From positions 162,936,001 to 163,000,000 of the forward strand of contig OZ024742.1 of NCBI GenBank assembly GCA_964016885.1: a stretch of 64,000 nucleotides of DNA, written 5' to 3'. This document shows, piece by piece, positions 38,481 through 52,449 of the stretch; the stretch's first letter is position 1, and each line of letters begins with the position of its first letter. This DNA is from Eledone cirrhosa (taxonomy: Eukaryota). The notes under the pieces were generated by a model, which saw only the letters and a program-made list of their open reading frames with translations, did no database searches and was not told where the DNA came from. The position numbers were made by a program, and so were the translations under genes.

Positions 38481-41400
38481 TTTTTACAAATTATCTCCCC
38501 CTGATTTTTTTTTTACAAATTATCTCCCCCTGATTTTTTTACAAATTATCTCCCCCTGATTTTTTTTACAAATTATCTCCGCCTGATTTTTTTAAATATT
38601 ATCTTCTCTTGGCTGGCGGGAAATTATCTCCCCTTGGACGGCTGAAAATTATCTCCCCTTGGGCGGCTGGAAATTATCTCCCCTTGATTTTTTTTACAAA
38701 TTATCTCCCCCTGATTTTTTTTTACAAATTATCTCCCCCTGATTTTTTTTTACAAATTATCTCCCCCTGATTTTTTTTTACAAATTATCTCCCCCTGATT
38801 TTTTTTTACAAATTATCTCCCCCTGATTTTTTTACAAATTATCTCCCCTTAGCTGGCTGGAAATTATCTCCCCTTGGAGGCTGGAATTTATCTCCCCTTG
38901 GACGGCTAGAAATTACCTCTCCTTGGACGGCTGGAAAATATGTCCTTGGACGGCTGGATATTATCTACCCTTGGACGGCTGGAAATTATCTCCCCTTGGA
39001 CGGCTGGAAATTATCTCCCCTTGGACGGCTAGATATTACCTCCCCTTGGACGGCTGGAAATTATCTCCCCTTGATTTTTTTTACAAATTATCTCCCCCTG
39101 ATTTTTTTTTACAAATTATCTCCCCCTGATTTTTTTTTACAAATTATCTACCCCTGATTTTTTTTTACAAATTATCTCCCCCTGATTTTTTTTACAAATT
39201 ATCTCTCCCTGATTTTTTTTTACAAATTATCTCCCCCTGATTTTTTTTTACAAATTATCTACCCCTGATTTTTTTTTACAAATTATCTCCCCCTGATTTT
39301 TTTTACAAATTATTTCCCCCTGATTTTTTTTACAAATTATCTCCCCCTGATTTTTTTACAAATTATCTCCCCCCGATTTTTTTTACAAATTATCTCCGCC
39401 TAATTTTTTTAAATATTATCTTCCCTTGGCTGGCGGGAAATTATCTCCCCTTGGACGGCTGAAAATTATCTCCCCTTGGACGGCTGGAAATTATCTCCCC
39501 TTGATTTTTTTACAAATTATCTCCCCCTGATTATTTTTTACAAATTATCTCCCCCTGATTTTTTTTTACAAATTATCTCCCCCTGATTTTTTTACAAATT
39601 ATCTCCCCTTGGGTGGCTGGAAATTATCTCCCCTTGGAGGCTGGAATTTATCTCCCCTTGGACGGTTAGAAATTACCTCTCCTTGGACTGCTGGAAAATA
39701 TGTCTCCTTGGACGGCTGGAAATTATCTCCCCTGGGACGGCTGGAAATTATCTCCCCTTGGACGGCTGGAAATTATCTCTCCTCGGACGACTAGAAATTA
39801 CCTCTCCTTGGACAGCTGAAAATTATCTCCCCTTGGACGGCTGGAAATTATCTCCCCTTGATTTTTTTTACAAATTATCTCCCCCTGATTTTATTTTACA
39901 AATTATCTCCCCCTGATTTTTTTTACAAATTATCTGCCCCTGATATTTTTTACAAATTATCTCCCCCTGATTTTTTTACAAATTATCTCCCCTTGGCTGG
40001 CTGGAAATTATCTCCCCTTGGAGGCTGGAATTTATCTCCCCTTGGACGGCTAGAAATTACCTGGCCTTGGACGGCTGGAAAATATGTCTCCTTGGACGGC
40101 TGGAAATTATCTCCCCTTGGACGGCTGGAAATTATCTCCCCTTGGACGGCTAGATATTACCTCCCCTTGGACGGCTGGAAATTATCTCCCCTTGATTTTT
40201 TTTACAAATTATCTCCCCCTGATTTTTTTTTACAAATTATCTCCCCCTGATTTTTTTTACAAATTATCTCCCCCTGATTTTTTTACAAATTATCTCCCCC
40301 CGATTTTTTTTACAAATTATATCCGCCTAATTTTTTTAAATATTATCTTCCCTTGGCTGGCGGGAAATTATCTCCCCTTGGACGGCTGAAAATTATCTCC
40401 CCTTGGACGGCTGGAAATTATCTCCCCTTGATTTTTTTACAAATTATCTCCCCCTGATTATTTTTTACAAATTATCTCCCCCTGATTTTTTTTTACAAAT
40501 TATCTCCCTCTGATTTTTTTTACAAATTATCTCCCCTTGGCTGGCTGGAAATTATCTCCCCTTGGAGGCTGGAATTTATCTCCCCTTGGATGGTTAGAAA
40601 TTACCTCTCCTTGGACTGCTGGAAAATATGTCTCCTTGGACGGCTGGAAATTATCTCCCCTTGGACGGCTGGAAATTATCTCCCCTTGGACGGCTGGAAA
40701 TTATCTCTCCTCGGACGACTAGAAATTACCTCTCCTTGGACAGCTGAAAATTATCTCCCCTTGGACGGCTGGAAATTATCTCCCCTTGGACGGCTAGATA
40801 TTACCTCCCCTTGGACGGCTGGAAATTATCTCCCCTTGATTTTTTTTACAAATTATCTCCCCCTGATTTTTTTTACAAATTATCTCCCCCTAATTTTTTT
40901 TTACAAATTATCTCCCCCTGATTTTTTTTACAAATTATCTCCCCCTGATATTTTTTACAAATTATCTCCCCCTGATTTTTTTACAAATTATCTCCCCTTG
41001 GAGGCTGGAATTTATCTCCCCTTGGACGGTTAGAAATTACCTCTCCTTGGACTGCTGGAAAATATGTCTCCTTGGACGGCTGGAAATTATCTCCCCTTGG
41101 ACGGCTGGAAATTATCTCCCCTTGGACGGCTGGAAATTATCTCTCCTCGGACGACTAGAAATTACCTCTCCTTGGACAGCTGAAAATTATCTCCCCTTGG
41201 ACGGCTGGAAATTATCTCCCCTTGATTTTTTTTACAAATTATCTCCCCCTGATTTTTTTTACAAATTATCTCCCCCTAATTTTTTTTTACAAATTATCTC
41301 CCCCTGATTTTTTTTACAAATTATCTCCCCCTGATATTTTTTACAAATTATCTCCCCCTGATTTTTTTACAAATTATCTCCCCTTGGCTGGCTGGAAATT

Positions 41401-44400
41401 ATCTCCGCTTGGAGGCTGGAATTTATCTCCCCTTGGACGGCTAGAAATTACCTCGCCTTGGACGGCTGGAAAATATGTCTCCTTGGACGGCTGGAAATTA
41501 TCTCCCCTTGGACGGCTGGAAATTATCTCCCCTTGGACGGCTGGAAATTATCTCCCCTTGGACGGCTAGATATTACCTCCCCTTGGACGGCTGGAAATTA
41601 TCTCCCCTTGATTTTTTTTACAATTTATCTCCCCCTGATTTTTTTTTACAAATTATCTCCCCCTGATTTTTTTTTACGAATTATCTCCCCCTGATTTTTT
41701 TTTACAAATTATCTCCGCCTGATTTTTTTTTAAAAATTATCTCCCCTTGAACGGCTGGAAATTATCTCCCCTTGGACGGCTGGAAATTATCTCCCCTTGG
41801 ACGGCTAGAAATTACCTCTCCTTGGACGGCTGAAAATTATCTCCCCTTGGACGGCTGCAAATTATCTCCCCTTGATTTTTTAACAAATTATCTCCCCCTG
41901 ATTTTTTTTTACAAATTATCTCCCCCTGATTTTTTTTTACAAATTATCTACGCCTAATTTTTTTTACTAATTATCTCCCCCTGATTTTTTTTTACAAATT
42001 ATCTCCCCCTGATTTTTTTACAAATTATCTCCCCCTGATTTTTTTTTACAAATTATTTCCCCCTGATTTTTTTACAAATTATATCCACCCTGATTTTTTT
42101 TACAATCTCCGCCTGATTTTTTTAAAAATTATCTTCCCTTGGCTGGCGGGAAATTATCTCCCCTTGGACGGCTGGAAATTATATCCCCTTGGAAGGATGG
42201 AAATTATCTCCCCTTGGACGGCTGGAAATTATCTCCCCTTGGACGGCTGGAAATTATCTCCCCTTGGACAGCTGGAAATTATCTGCCCTTGATTTTGTTT
42301 TTACAAATTATCTACCCCTGATTTTTTTTACAAATTATCTCCACCTGATTTTTAAAAAAATTATCTTCCCTTGGACGGCTGGAAATTATCTCCCCTTGAT
42401 TTTTTTACAAATTATCTCCCCCTGATTTTTTTTACAAATTATCTCCCCCTGATTTTTTTTTACAAATTATCTCCCCCTGATTTTTTTACAAATTATCTCC
42501 CCCGATTTTTTTTACAAATTATCTCCGCCTGATTTTTTTAAATATTATCTTCCCTTGGCTGGCGGGAAATTATCTCCCCTTGGACGGCTGAAAATTATCT
42601 CCCCTTGGACGGCTGGAAATTATCTCCCCTTGATTTTTTTTACAAATTATCTACCCCTGATTTTTTTTTACAAATTATCTCCCCCTGATTTTTTTTTACA
42701 AATTATCTCCCCCTGATTTTTTTTTACAAATTATCTCACCCTGATTTTTTTTACAAATTATCTCCCCCTGATTTTTTTACAAATTATCTCCCCTTGGCTG
42801 GCTGGAAATTATCTCCCCTTGGAGGCTGGAATTTATCTCCCCTTGGACGGCTAGAAATTACCTCTCCTTGGACGGCTGGAAAATATGTCTCCTTGGACGG
42901 CTGGATATTATCTACCCTTGGACGGCTGGAAATTATCTCCCCTTGGACGGCTGGAAATTATCTCCCCTTGGACGGCTAGATATTACCTCCCCTTGGACGG
43001 CTGGAAATTATCTCCCCCTGATTTTTTTACAAATTATCTCCCCCTGATTTTTTTTACAAATTATCTCCGCCTAATTTTTTTAAATATTATCTTCCCTTGG
43101 CTGGCGGGAAATTATCTCCCCTTGGACGGCTGAAAATTATCTCCCCTTGATTTTTTTTTACAAATTATCTCCCCGATTTTTTTTTACAAATTATCTCCCC
43201 CTGATTTTTTTTACAAATTATCTCCCCCTGATTTTTTTTTACGAATTATCTCCCCCTGATTTTTTTTTATAAATTATCTCCGCCTGATTTTTTTTTAAAA
43301 ATTATCTCCCCTTGAACGGCTGGAAATTATCTCCCCTTGGACGGCTGGAAATTATCTCCCCTTGGACGGCTAGAAATTACCTCTCCTTGGACGGCTGAAA
43401 ATTATCTCCCCTTGGACGGCTGCAAATTATCTCCCCTTGATTTTTTAACAAATTATCTCCCCCTGATTTTTTTTTACAAATTATCTCCCCCTGATTTTTT
43501 TTTACAAATTATCTACGCCTAATTTTTTTTACAAATTATCTCCCCCTGATTTTTTTTTACAAATTATCTCCCCCTGATTTTTTTTACAAATTATCTCCCC
43601 CTGATTTTTTTTTACAAATTATTTCCCCCTGATTTTTTTACAAATTATCTCCCCCCTGATTTTTTTTACAATCTCCGCCTGATTTTTTTAAAAATTATCT
43701 TCCCTTGGCTGGCGGGAAATTATCTCCCCTTGGACGGCTGGAAATTATATCCCCTTGGACGGCTGGAAATTACCTCCCCTTGGACAGCTGGAAATTATCT
43801 GCCCTTGATTTTGTTTTTACAAATTATCTCCCCCTGATTTTTTTTACAAATTATCTCCACCTGATTTTTTAAAAAATTATCTCCCCTTGGACGGCTGGAA
43901 ATTATCTCCCCTTGATTTTTTTACAAATTATCTCCCCCTGATTTTTTTTACAAATTATCTCCCCCTGATTTTTTTTTTACAAATTATCTCCCCCTGATTT
44001 TTTTACAAATTATCTCCCCCTGATTTTTTTTATAAATTATCTCCGCCTGATTTTTTTAAATATTATCTTCCCTTGGCTGGCGGGAAATTATCTCCCCTTG
44101 GACGGCTGAAAATTATCTCCCCTTGGACGGCTGGAAATTATCTCCCCTTGATTTTTTTTACAAATTATCTCCCCCTGATTTTTTTTTACAAATTATCTCC
44201 CCCTGATTTTTTTTTACAAATTATCTCCCCCTGATTTTTTTTTACAAATTATCTGCCCCTGATTTTTTTTACAAATTATCTCCCTCTGATTTTTTTACAA
44301 ATTATCTCCCCTTGGCTGGCTGGAAATTATCTCCCCTTGGAGGCTGGAATTTATCTCCCCTTGGACGGCTAGAAATTACCTCGCCTTGGACGGCTGGAAA

Positions 44401-45959
44401 ATATTTCTCCTTGGACGGCTGGATATTATCTACCCTTGGACGGGTGGAAATTATCTCCCCTTGGACGGCTGGAAATTATCTCCCCTTGGACGGCTAGATA
44501 TTACCTCCCCTTGGACGGCTGGAAATTATCTCCCCTTGATTTTTTTTACAAATTATCTCCCCCTGATTTTTTTTTTACAAATTATCTCCCCCTGATTTTT
44601 TTACAAATTATCTCCCCCTGATTTTTTTTACAAATTATCTCCGCCTGATTTTTTTAAATATTATCTTCTCTTGGCTGGCGGGAAATTATCTCCCCTTGGA
44701 CGGCTGAAAATTATCTCCCCTTGGACGGCTGGAAATTATCTCCCCTTGATTTTTTTTACAAATTATCTCCCCCTGATTTTTTTTTACAAATTATCTCCCC
44801 CTGATTTTTTTTTACAAATTATCTCCCCCTGATTTTTTTTTACAAATTATCTCCCCCTGATTTTTTTTTACAAATTATCTCCCCTTGATTTTTTTACAAA
44901 TTATCTCCCCTTAGCTGGCTGGAAATTATCTCCCCTTGGAGGCTGGAATTTATCTCCCCTTGGACGGCTAGAAATTACCTCTCCTTGGACGGCTGGAAAA
45001 TATGTCCTTGGACGGCTGGATATTATCTACCCTTGGACGGCTGGAAATTATCTCCCCTTGGACGGCTGGAAATTATCTCCCCTTGGACGGCTAGATATTA
45101 CCTCCCCTTGGACGGCTGGAAATTATCTCCCCTTGATTTTTTTTACAAATTATCTCCCCCTGATTTTTTTTTACAAATTATCTCCCCCTGATTTTTTTTT
45201 ACAAATTATCTACCCCTGATTTTTTTTTACAAATTATCTCCCCCTGATTTTTTTTACAAATTATCTCTCCCTGATTTTTTTTTACAAATTATCTCCCCCT
45301 GATTTTTTTTTACAAATTATCTACCCCTGATTTTTTTTTACAAATTATCTCCCCCTGATTTTTTTTACAAATTATTTCCCCCTGATTTTTTTTACAAATT
45401 ATCTCCCCCTGATTTTTTTACAAATTATCTCCCCCCGATTTTTTTTACAAATTATCTCCGCCTAATTTTTTTAAATATTATCTTCCCTTGGCTGGCGGGA
45501 AATTATCTCCCCTTGGACGGCTGAAAATTATCTCCCCTTGGACGGCTGGAAATTATCTCCCCTTGATTTTTTTACAAATTATCTCCCCCTGATTATTTTT
45601 TACAAATTATCTCCCCCTGATTTTTTTTTACAAATTATCTCCCCCTGATTTTTTTACAAATTATCTCCCCTTGGCTGGCTGGAAATTATCTCCCCTTGGA
45701 GGCTGGAATTTATCTCCCCTTGGACGGTTAGAAATTACCTCTCCTTGGACTGCTGGAAAATATGTCTCCTTGGACGGCTGGAAATTATCTCCCCTGCGAC
45801 GGCTGGAAATTATCTCCCCTTGGACGGCTGGAAATTATCTCCCCTTGGACGGCTAGATATTACCTCCCCTTGGACGGCTGGAAATTATCTCCCCTTGGAC
45901 GGCTAGATATTACCTCCCCTTGGACGGCTGGAAATTATCTCCCCTTGATTTTTTTTACA

Positions 45960-48900
45960 AATTATCTCCCCCTGATTTTTTTTTACAAATTATCTCCCCC
46001 TGATTTTTTTTTACGAATTATCTCCCCCCGATTTTTTTTTACAAATTATCTCTGCCTGATTTTTTAAAAAAAATTATCTCCCCTTGAACGGCTGGAAATT
46101 ATCTCCCCTTGGACGGCTGGAAATTATCTCCCCTTGGACGGCTAGAAATTACCTCTCCTTGGACGGCTGAAAATTATCTCCCCTTGGACGGCTGCAAATT
46201 ATCTCCCCTTGATTTTTTAACAAATTATCTCCCCCTGATTTTTTTTTACAAATTATCTCCCCCTGATTTTTTTTTTAAAATTATCTCCCCCTGATTTTTT
46301 TACAAATTATCTCCCCCTGATTTTTTTTACAATCTCCGCCTGATTTTTTTAAAAATTATCTTCCCTTGGCTGGCGGGAAATTATCTCCCCTTGGACGGCT
46401 GGAAATTATATCCCCTTGGAAGGATGGAAATTATCTCCCCTTGGACGGCTGGAAATTATCTCCCCTTGGACGGCTGGAAATTATCTCCCCTTGGACAGCT
46501 GGAAATTATCTGCCCTTGATTTTGTTTTTACAAATTATCTCCCCCTGATTTTTTTTACAAATTATCTCCACCTGATTTTTTCAAAAATTATCTCCCCTTG
46601 GACGGCTGAAAATTATCTCCCCTTGATTTTTTTACAAATTATCTCCCCCTGATTTTTTTTACAAATTATCTCCCCCTGATTTTTTGTTACAAATTATCTC
46701 CCCCTGATTTTTTTACAAATTATCTCCCCCTGATTTTTTTTACAAATTATCTCCGCCTGATTTTTTTAAATATTATCTTCCCTTGGCTGGCGGGAAATTA
46801 TCTCCCCTTGGACGGCTGAAAATTATCTCCCCTTGGACGGCTGGAAATTATCTCCCCCTGATTTTTTTTACAAATTATCTCCCCCTGATTTTTTTTTACA
46901 AATTATCTCCCCCTGATTTTTTTTTACAAATTATCTGCCCCTGATTTTTTTTACAAATTATCTCCCCCTGATTTTTTTACAAATTATCTCCCCTTGGCTG
47001 GCTGGAAATTATCTCCCCTTGGAGGCTGGAATTTATCTCCCCTTGGACGGCTAGAAATTACCTCTCCTTGGACGGCTGGAAAATATTTCTCCTTGGACGG
47101 CTGGATATTATCTACCCTTGGACGGGTGGAAATTATCTCCCCTTAGACGGCTGGAAATTATCTCCCCTTGGACGGCTAGATATTACCTCCCCTTGGACGG
47201 CTGGAAATTATCTCCCCTTGATTTTTTTTACAAATTATCTCCCCCTGATTTTTTTTTACAAATTATCTCCCCCTGATTTTTTTTACAAATTATCTCCCCC
47301 TGATTTTTTTACAAATTATCTCCCCCCGATTTTTTTTACAAATTATATCCGCCTAATTTTTTTAAATATTATCTTCCCTTGGCTGGCGGGAAATTATCTC
47401 CCCTTGGACGGCTGAAAATTATCTCCCCTTGGACGGCTGGAAATTATCTCCCCTTGATTTTTTTACAAATTATCTCCCCCTGATTATTTTTTACAAATTA
47501 TCTCCCCCTGATTTTTTTTTACAAATTATCTCCCTCTGATTTTTTTTACAAATTATCTCCCCTTGGCTGGCTGGAAATTATCTCCCCTTGGAGGCTGGAA
47601 TTTATCTCCCCTTGGACGGTTAGAAATTACCTCTCCTTGGACTGCTGGAAAATATGTCTCCTTGGACGGCTGGAAATTATCTCCCCTTGGACGGCTGGAA
47701 ATTATCTCCCCTTGGACGGCTGGAAATTATCTCTCCTCGGACGACTAGAAATTACCTCTCCTTGGACAGCTGAAAATTATCTCCCCTTGGACGGCTGGAA
47801 ATTATCTCCCCTTGATTTTTTTTACAAATTATCTCCCCCTGATTTTTTTTACAAATTATCTCCCCCTGATTTTTTTTTACAAATTATCTCCACCTGATTT
47901 TTTTTTACAAATTATCTGCCCCTGATTTTTTTAACAAATTATCTCCCCCTGATTTTTTTACAAATTATCTCCCCTTGGCTGGCTGGAAATTATCTCCCCT
48001 TGGAGGCTGGAATTTATCTCCCTTTGGACGGCTAGAAATTACCTCTCCTTGGACGGCTGGAAAATATTTCTCCTTGGACGGCTGGATATTATCTACCCTT
48101 GGACGGGTGGAAATTATCTCCCCTTGGACGGCTGGAAATTATCTCCCCTTGGACGGCTAGATATTACCTCCCCTTGGACGGCTGGAAATTATCTCCCCTT
48201 GATTTTTTTTACAAATTATCTCCCCCTGATTTTTTTTTACAAATTATCTCCCCCTGATTTTTTTACAAATTATCTCCCCCTGATTTTTTTTACAAATTAT
48301 CTCCGCCTGATTTTTTAAAATATTATCTTCTCTTGGCTGGCGGGAAATTATCTCCCCTTGGACGGCTGAAAATTATCTCCCCTTGGACGGCTGGAAATTA
48401 TCTCCCCTTGATTTTTTTTACAAATTATCTCCCCCTGATTTTTTTTTACAAATTATCTCCCCCTGATTTTTTTTTACAAATTATCTCCCTGATTTTTTTT
48501 TACAAATTATCTCCCCCTGATTTTTTTTACAAATTATCTCCCCCTGATTTTTTTTTACGAATTATCTCCCCCCGATTTTTTTTTACAAATTATCTCTGCC
48601 TGATTTTTTTAAAAAAATTATCTCCCCTTGAACGGCTGGAAATTATCTCCCCTTGGACGGCTGGAAATTATCTCCCCTTGGACGGCTAGAAATTACCTCT
48701 CCTTGGACGGCTGAAAATTATCTCCCCTTGGACGGCTGCAAATTATCTCCCCTTGATTTTTTAACAAATTATCTCCCCCTGATTTTTTTTTACAAATTAT
48801 CTCCCCCTGATTTTTTTTTTAAAATTATCTCCCCCTGATTTTTTTACAAATTATCTCCCCCTGATTTTTTTTACAATCTCCGCCTGATTTTTTTAAAAAT

Positions 48901-51030
48901 TATCTTCCCTTGGCTGGCGGGAAATTATCTCCCCTTGGACGGCTGGAAATTATATCCCCTTGGAAGGATGGAAATTATCTCCCCTTGGACGGCTGGAAAT
49001 TATCTCCCCTTGGACGGCTGGAAATTATCTCCCCTTGGACAGCTGGAAATTATCTGCCCTTGATTTTGTTTTTACAAATTATCTCCCCCTGATTTTTTTT
49101 ACAAATTATCTCCACCTGATTTTTTCAAAAATTATCTCCCCTTGGACGGCTGAAAATTATCTCCCCTTGATTTTTTTACAAATTATCTCCCCCTGATTTT
49201 TTTTACAAATTATCTCCCCCTGATTTTTTGTTACAAATTATCTCCCCCTGATTTTTTTACAAATTATCTCCCCCTGATTTTTTTTACAAATTATCTCCGC
49301 CTGATTTTTTTAAATATTATCTTCCCTTGGCTGGCGGGAAATTATCTCCCCTTGGACGGCTGAAAATTATCTCCCCTTGGACGGCTGGAAATTATCTCCC
49401 CCTGATTTTTTTTACAAATTATCTCCCCCTGATTTTTTTTTACAAATTATCTCCCCCTGATTTTTTTTTACAAATTATCTGCCCCTGATTTTTTTTACAA
49501 ATTATCTCCCCCTGATTTTTTTACAAATTATCTCCCCTTGGCTGGCTGGAAATTATCTCCCCTTGGAGGCTGGAATTTATCTCCCCTTGGACGGCTAGAA
49601 ATTACCTCTCCTTGGACGGCTGGAAAATATTTCTCCTTGGACGGCTGGATATTATCTACCCTTGGACGGGTGGAAATTATCTCCCCTTAGACGGCTGGAA
49701 ATTATCTCCCCTTGGACGGCTAGATATTACCTCCCCTTGGACGGCTGGAAATTATCTCCCCTTGATTTTTTTTACAAATTATCTCCCCCTGATTTTTTTT
49801 TACAAATTATCTCCCCCTGATTTTTTTTACAAATTATCTCCCCCTGATTTTTTTACAAATTATCTCCCCCCGATTTTTTTTACAAATTATATCCGCCTAA
49901 TTTTTTTAAATATTATCTTCCCTTGGCTGGCGGGAAATTATCTCCCCTTGGACGGCTGAAAATTATCTCCCCTTGGACGGCTGGAAATTATCTCCCCTTG
50001 ATTTTTTTACAAATTATCTCCCCCTGATTATTTTTTACAAATTATCTCCCCCTGATTTTTTTTTACAAATTATCTCCCTCTGATTTTTTTTACAAATTAT
50101 CTCCCCTTGGCTGGCTGGAAATTATCTCCCCTTGGAGGCTGGAATTTATCTCCCCTTGGACGGTTAGAAATTACCTCTCCTTGGACTGCTGGAAAATATG
50201 TCTCCTTGGACGGCTGGAAATTATCTCCCCTTGGACGGCTGGAAATTATCTCCCCTTGGACGGCTGGAAATTATCTCTCCTCGGACGACTAGAAATTACC
50301 TCTCCTTGGACAGCTGAAAATTATCTCCCCTTGGACGGCTGGAAATTATCTCCCCTTGATTTTTTTTACAAATTATCTCCCCCTGATTTTTTTTACAAAT
50401 TATCTCCCCCTGATTTTTTTTTACAAATTATCTCCACCTGATTTTTTTTTACAAATTATCTGCCCCTGATTTTTTTAACAAATTATCTCCCCCTGATTTT
50501 TTTACAAATTATCTCCCCTTGGCTGGCTGGAAATTATCTCCCCTTGGAGGCTGGAATTTATCTCCCTTTGGACGGCTAGAAATTACCTCTCCTTGGACGG
50601 CTGGAAAATATTTCTCCTTGGACGGCTGGATATTATCTACCCTTGGACGGGTGGAAATTATCTCCCCTTGGACGGCTGGAAATTATCTCCCCTTGGACGG
50701 CTAGATATTACCTCCCCTTGGACGGCTGGAAATTATCTCCCCTTGATTTTTTTTACAAATTATCTCCCCCTGATTTTTTTTTACAAATTATCTCCCCCTG
50801 ATTTTTTTACAAATTATCTCCCCCTGATTTTTTTTACAAATTATCTCCGCCTGATTTTTTAAAATATTATCTTCTCTTGGCTGGCGGGAAATTATCTCCC
50901 CTTGGACGGCTGAAAATTATCTCCCCTTGGACGGCTGGAAATTATCTCCCCTTGATTTTTTTTACAAATTATCTCCCCCTGATTTTTTTTTACAAATTAT
51001 CTCCCCCTGATTTTTTTTTACAAATTATCT
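45960..51030 (+). repeat. 2,544-bp tandem duplication
   Basis: ORF pairs 46109/48653, 46366/48910, 47068/49612, 47563/50107 and 47975/50519. The junction is near 48490. Confidence 0.9.
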
Positions 51031-52449
51031 CCCCCTGATTTTTTTTTACAAATTATCTCCCCCTGATTTTTTTTACAAATTATCTCCCCCTGATTTTTTT
51101 ACAAATTATCTCCCCTTAGCTGGCTGGAAATTATCTCCCCTTGGAGGCTGGAATTTATCTCCCCTTGGACGGCTAGAAATTACCTCTCCTTGGACGGCTG
51201 GAAAATATGTCCTTGGACGGCTGGATATTATCTACCCTTGGACGGCTGGAAATTATCTCCCCTTGGACGGCTGGAAATTATCTCCCCTTGGACGGCTAGA
51301 TATTAGCTCCCCTTGGACGGCTGGAAATTATCTACCCCTGATTTTTTTTTACAAATTATCTCCCCCTGATTTTTTTTACAAATTATCTCTCCCTGATTTT
51401 TTTTTACAAATTATCTCCCCCTGATTTTTTTTTACAAATTATCTACCCCTGATTTTTTTTTACAAATTATCTCCCCCTGATTTTTTTTACAAATTATCTC
51501 CCCCTGATTTTTTTTACAAATTATCTCCCCCTGATTTTTTTACAAATTATCTCCCCCCGATTTTTTTTACAAATTATCTCCGCCTAATTTTTTTAAATAT
51601 TATCTTCCCTTGGCTGGCGGGAAATTATCTCCCCTTGGACGGCTGAAAATTATCTCCCCTTGGACGGCTGGAAATTATCTCCCCTTGATTTTTTTACAAA
51701 TTATCTCCCCCTGATTATTTTTTACAAATTATCTCCCCCTGATTTTTTTTTACAAATTATCTCCCTCTGATTTTTTTTACAAATTATCTCCCCTTGGCTG
51801 GCTGGAAATTATCTCCCCTTGGAGGCTGGAATTTATCTCCCCTTGGACGGTTAGAAATTACCTCTCCTTGGACTGCTGGAAAATATGTCTCCTTGGACGG
51901 CTGGAAATTATCTCCCCTGGGACGGCTGGAAATTATCTCCCCTTGGACGGCTGGAAATTATCTCTCCTCGGACGACTAGAAATTACCTCTCCTTGGACAG
52001 CTGAAAATTATCTCCCCTTGGACGGCTGGAAATTATCTCCCCTTGATTTTTTTTACAAATTATCTCCCCCTGATTTTTTTTTACAAATTATCTCCCCCTG
52101 ATTTTATTTTACAAATTATCTCCCCCTGATTTTTTTTACAAATTATCTCCCCCTGATTTTTTTACAAATTATCTCCCCTTGGCTGGCTGGAAATTATCTC
52201 CCCTTGGAGGCTGGAATTTATCTCCCCTTGGACGGCTAGAAATTACCTCGCCTTGGACGGCTGGAAAATATGTCTCCTTGGACGGCTGGAAATTATCTCC
52301 CCTTGGACGGCTGGAAATTATCTCCCCTTGGACGGCTGGAAATTATCTCCCCTTGGACGGCTAGATATTACCTCCCCTTGGACGGCTGGAAATTATCTCC
52401 CCTTGGTTTTTTTACAAATTATCTCCCCCTGATTTTTTTTTACAAATTA

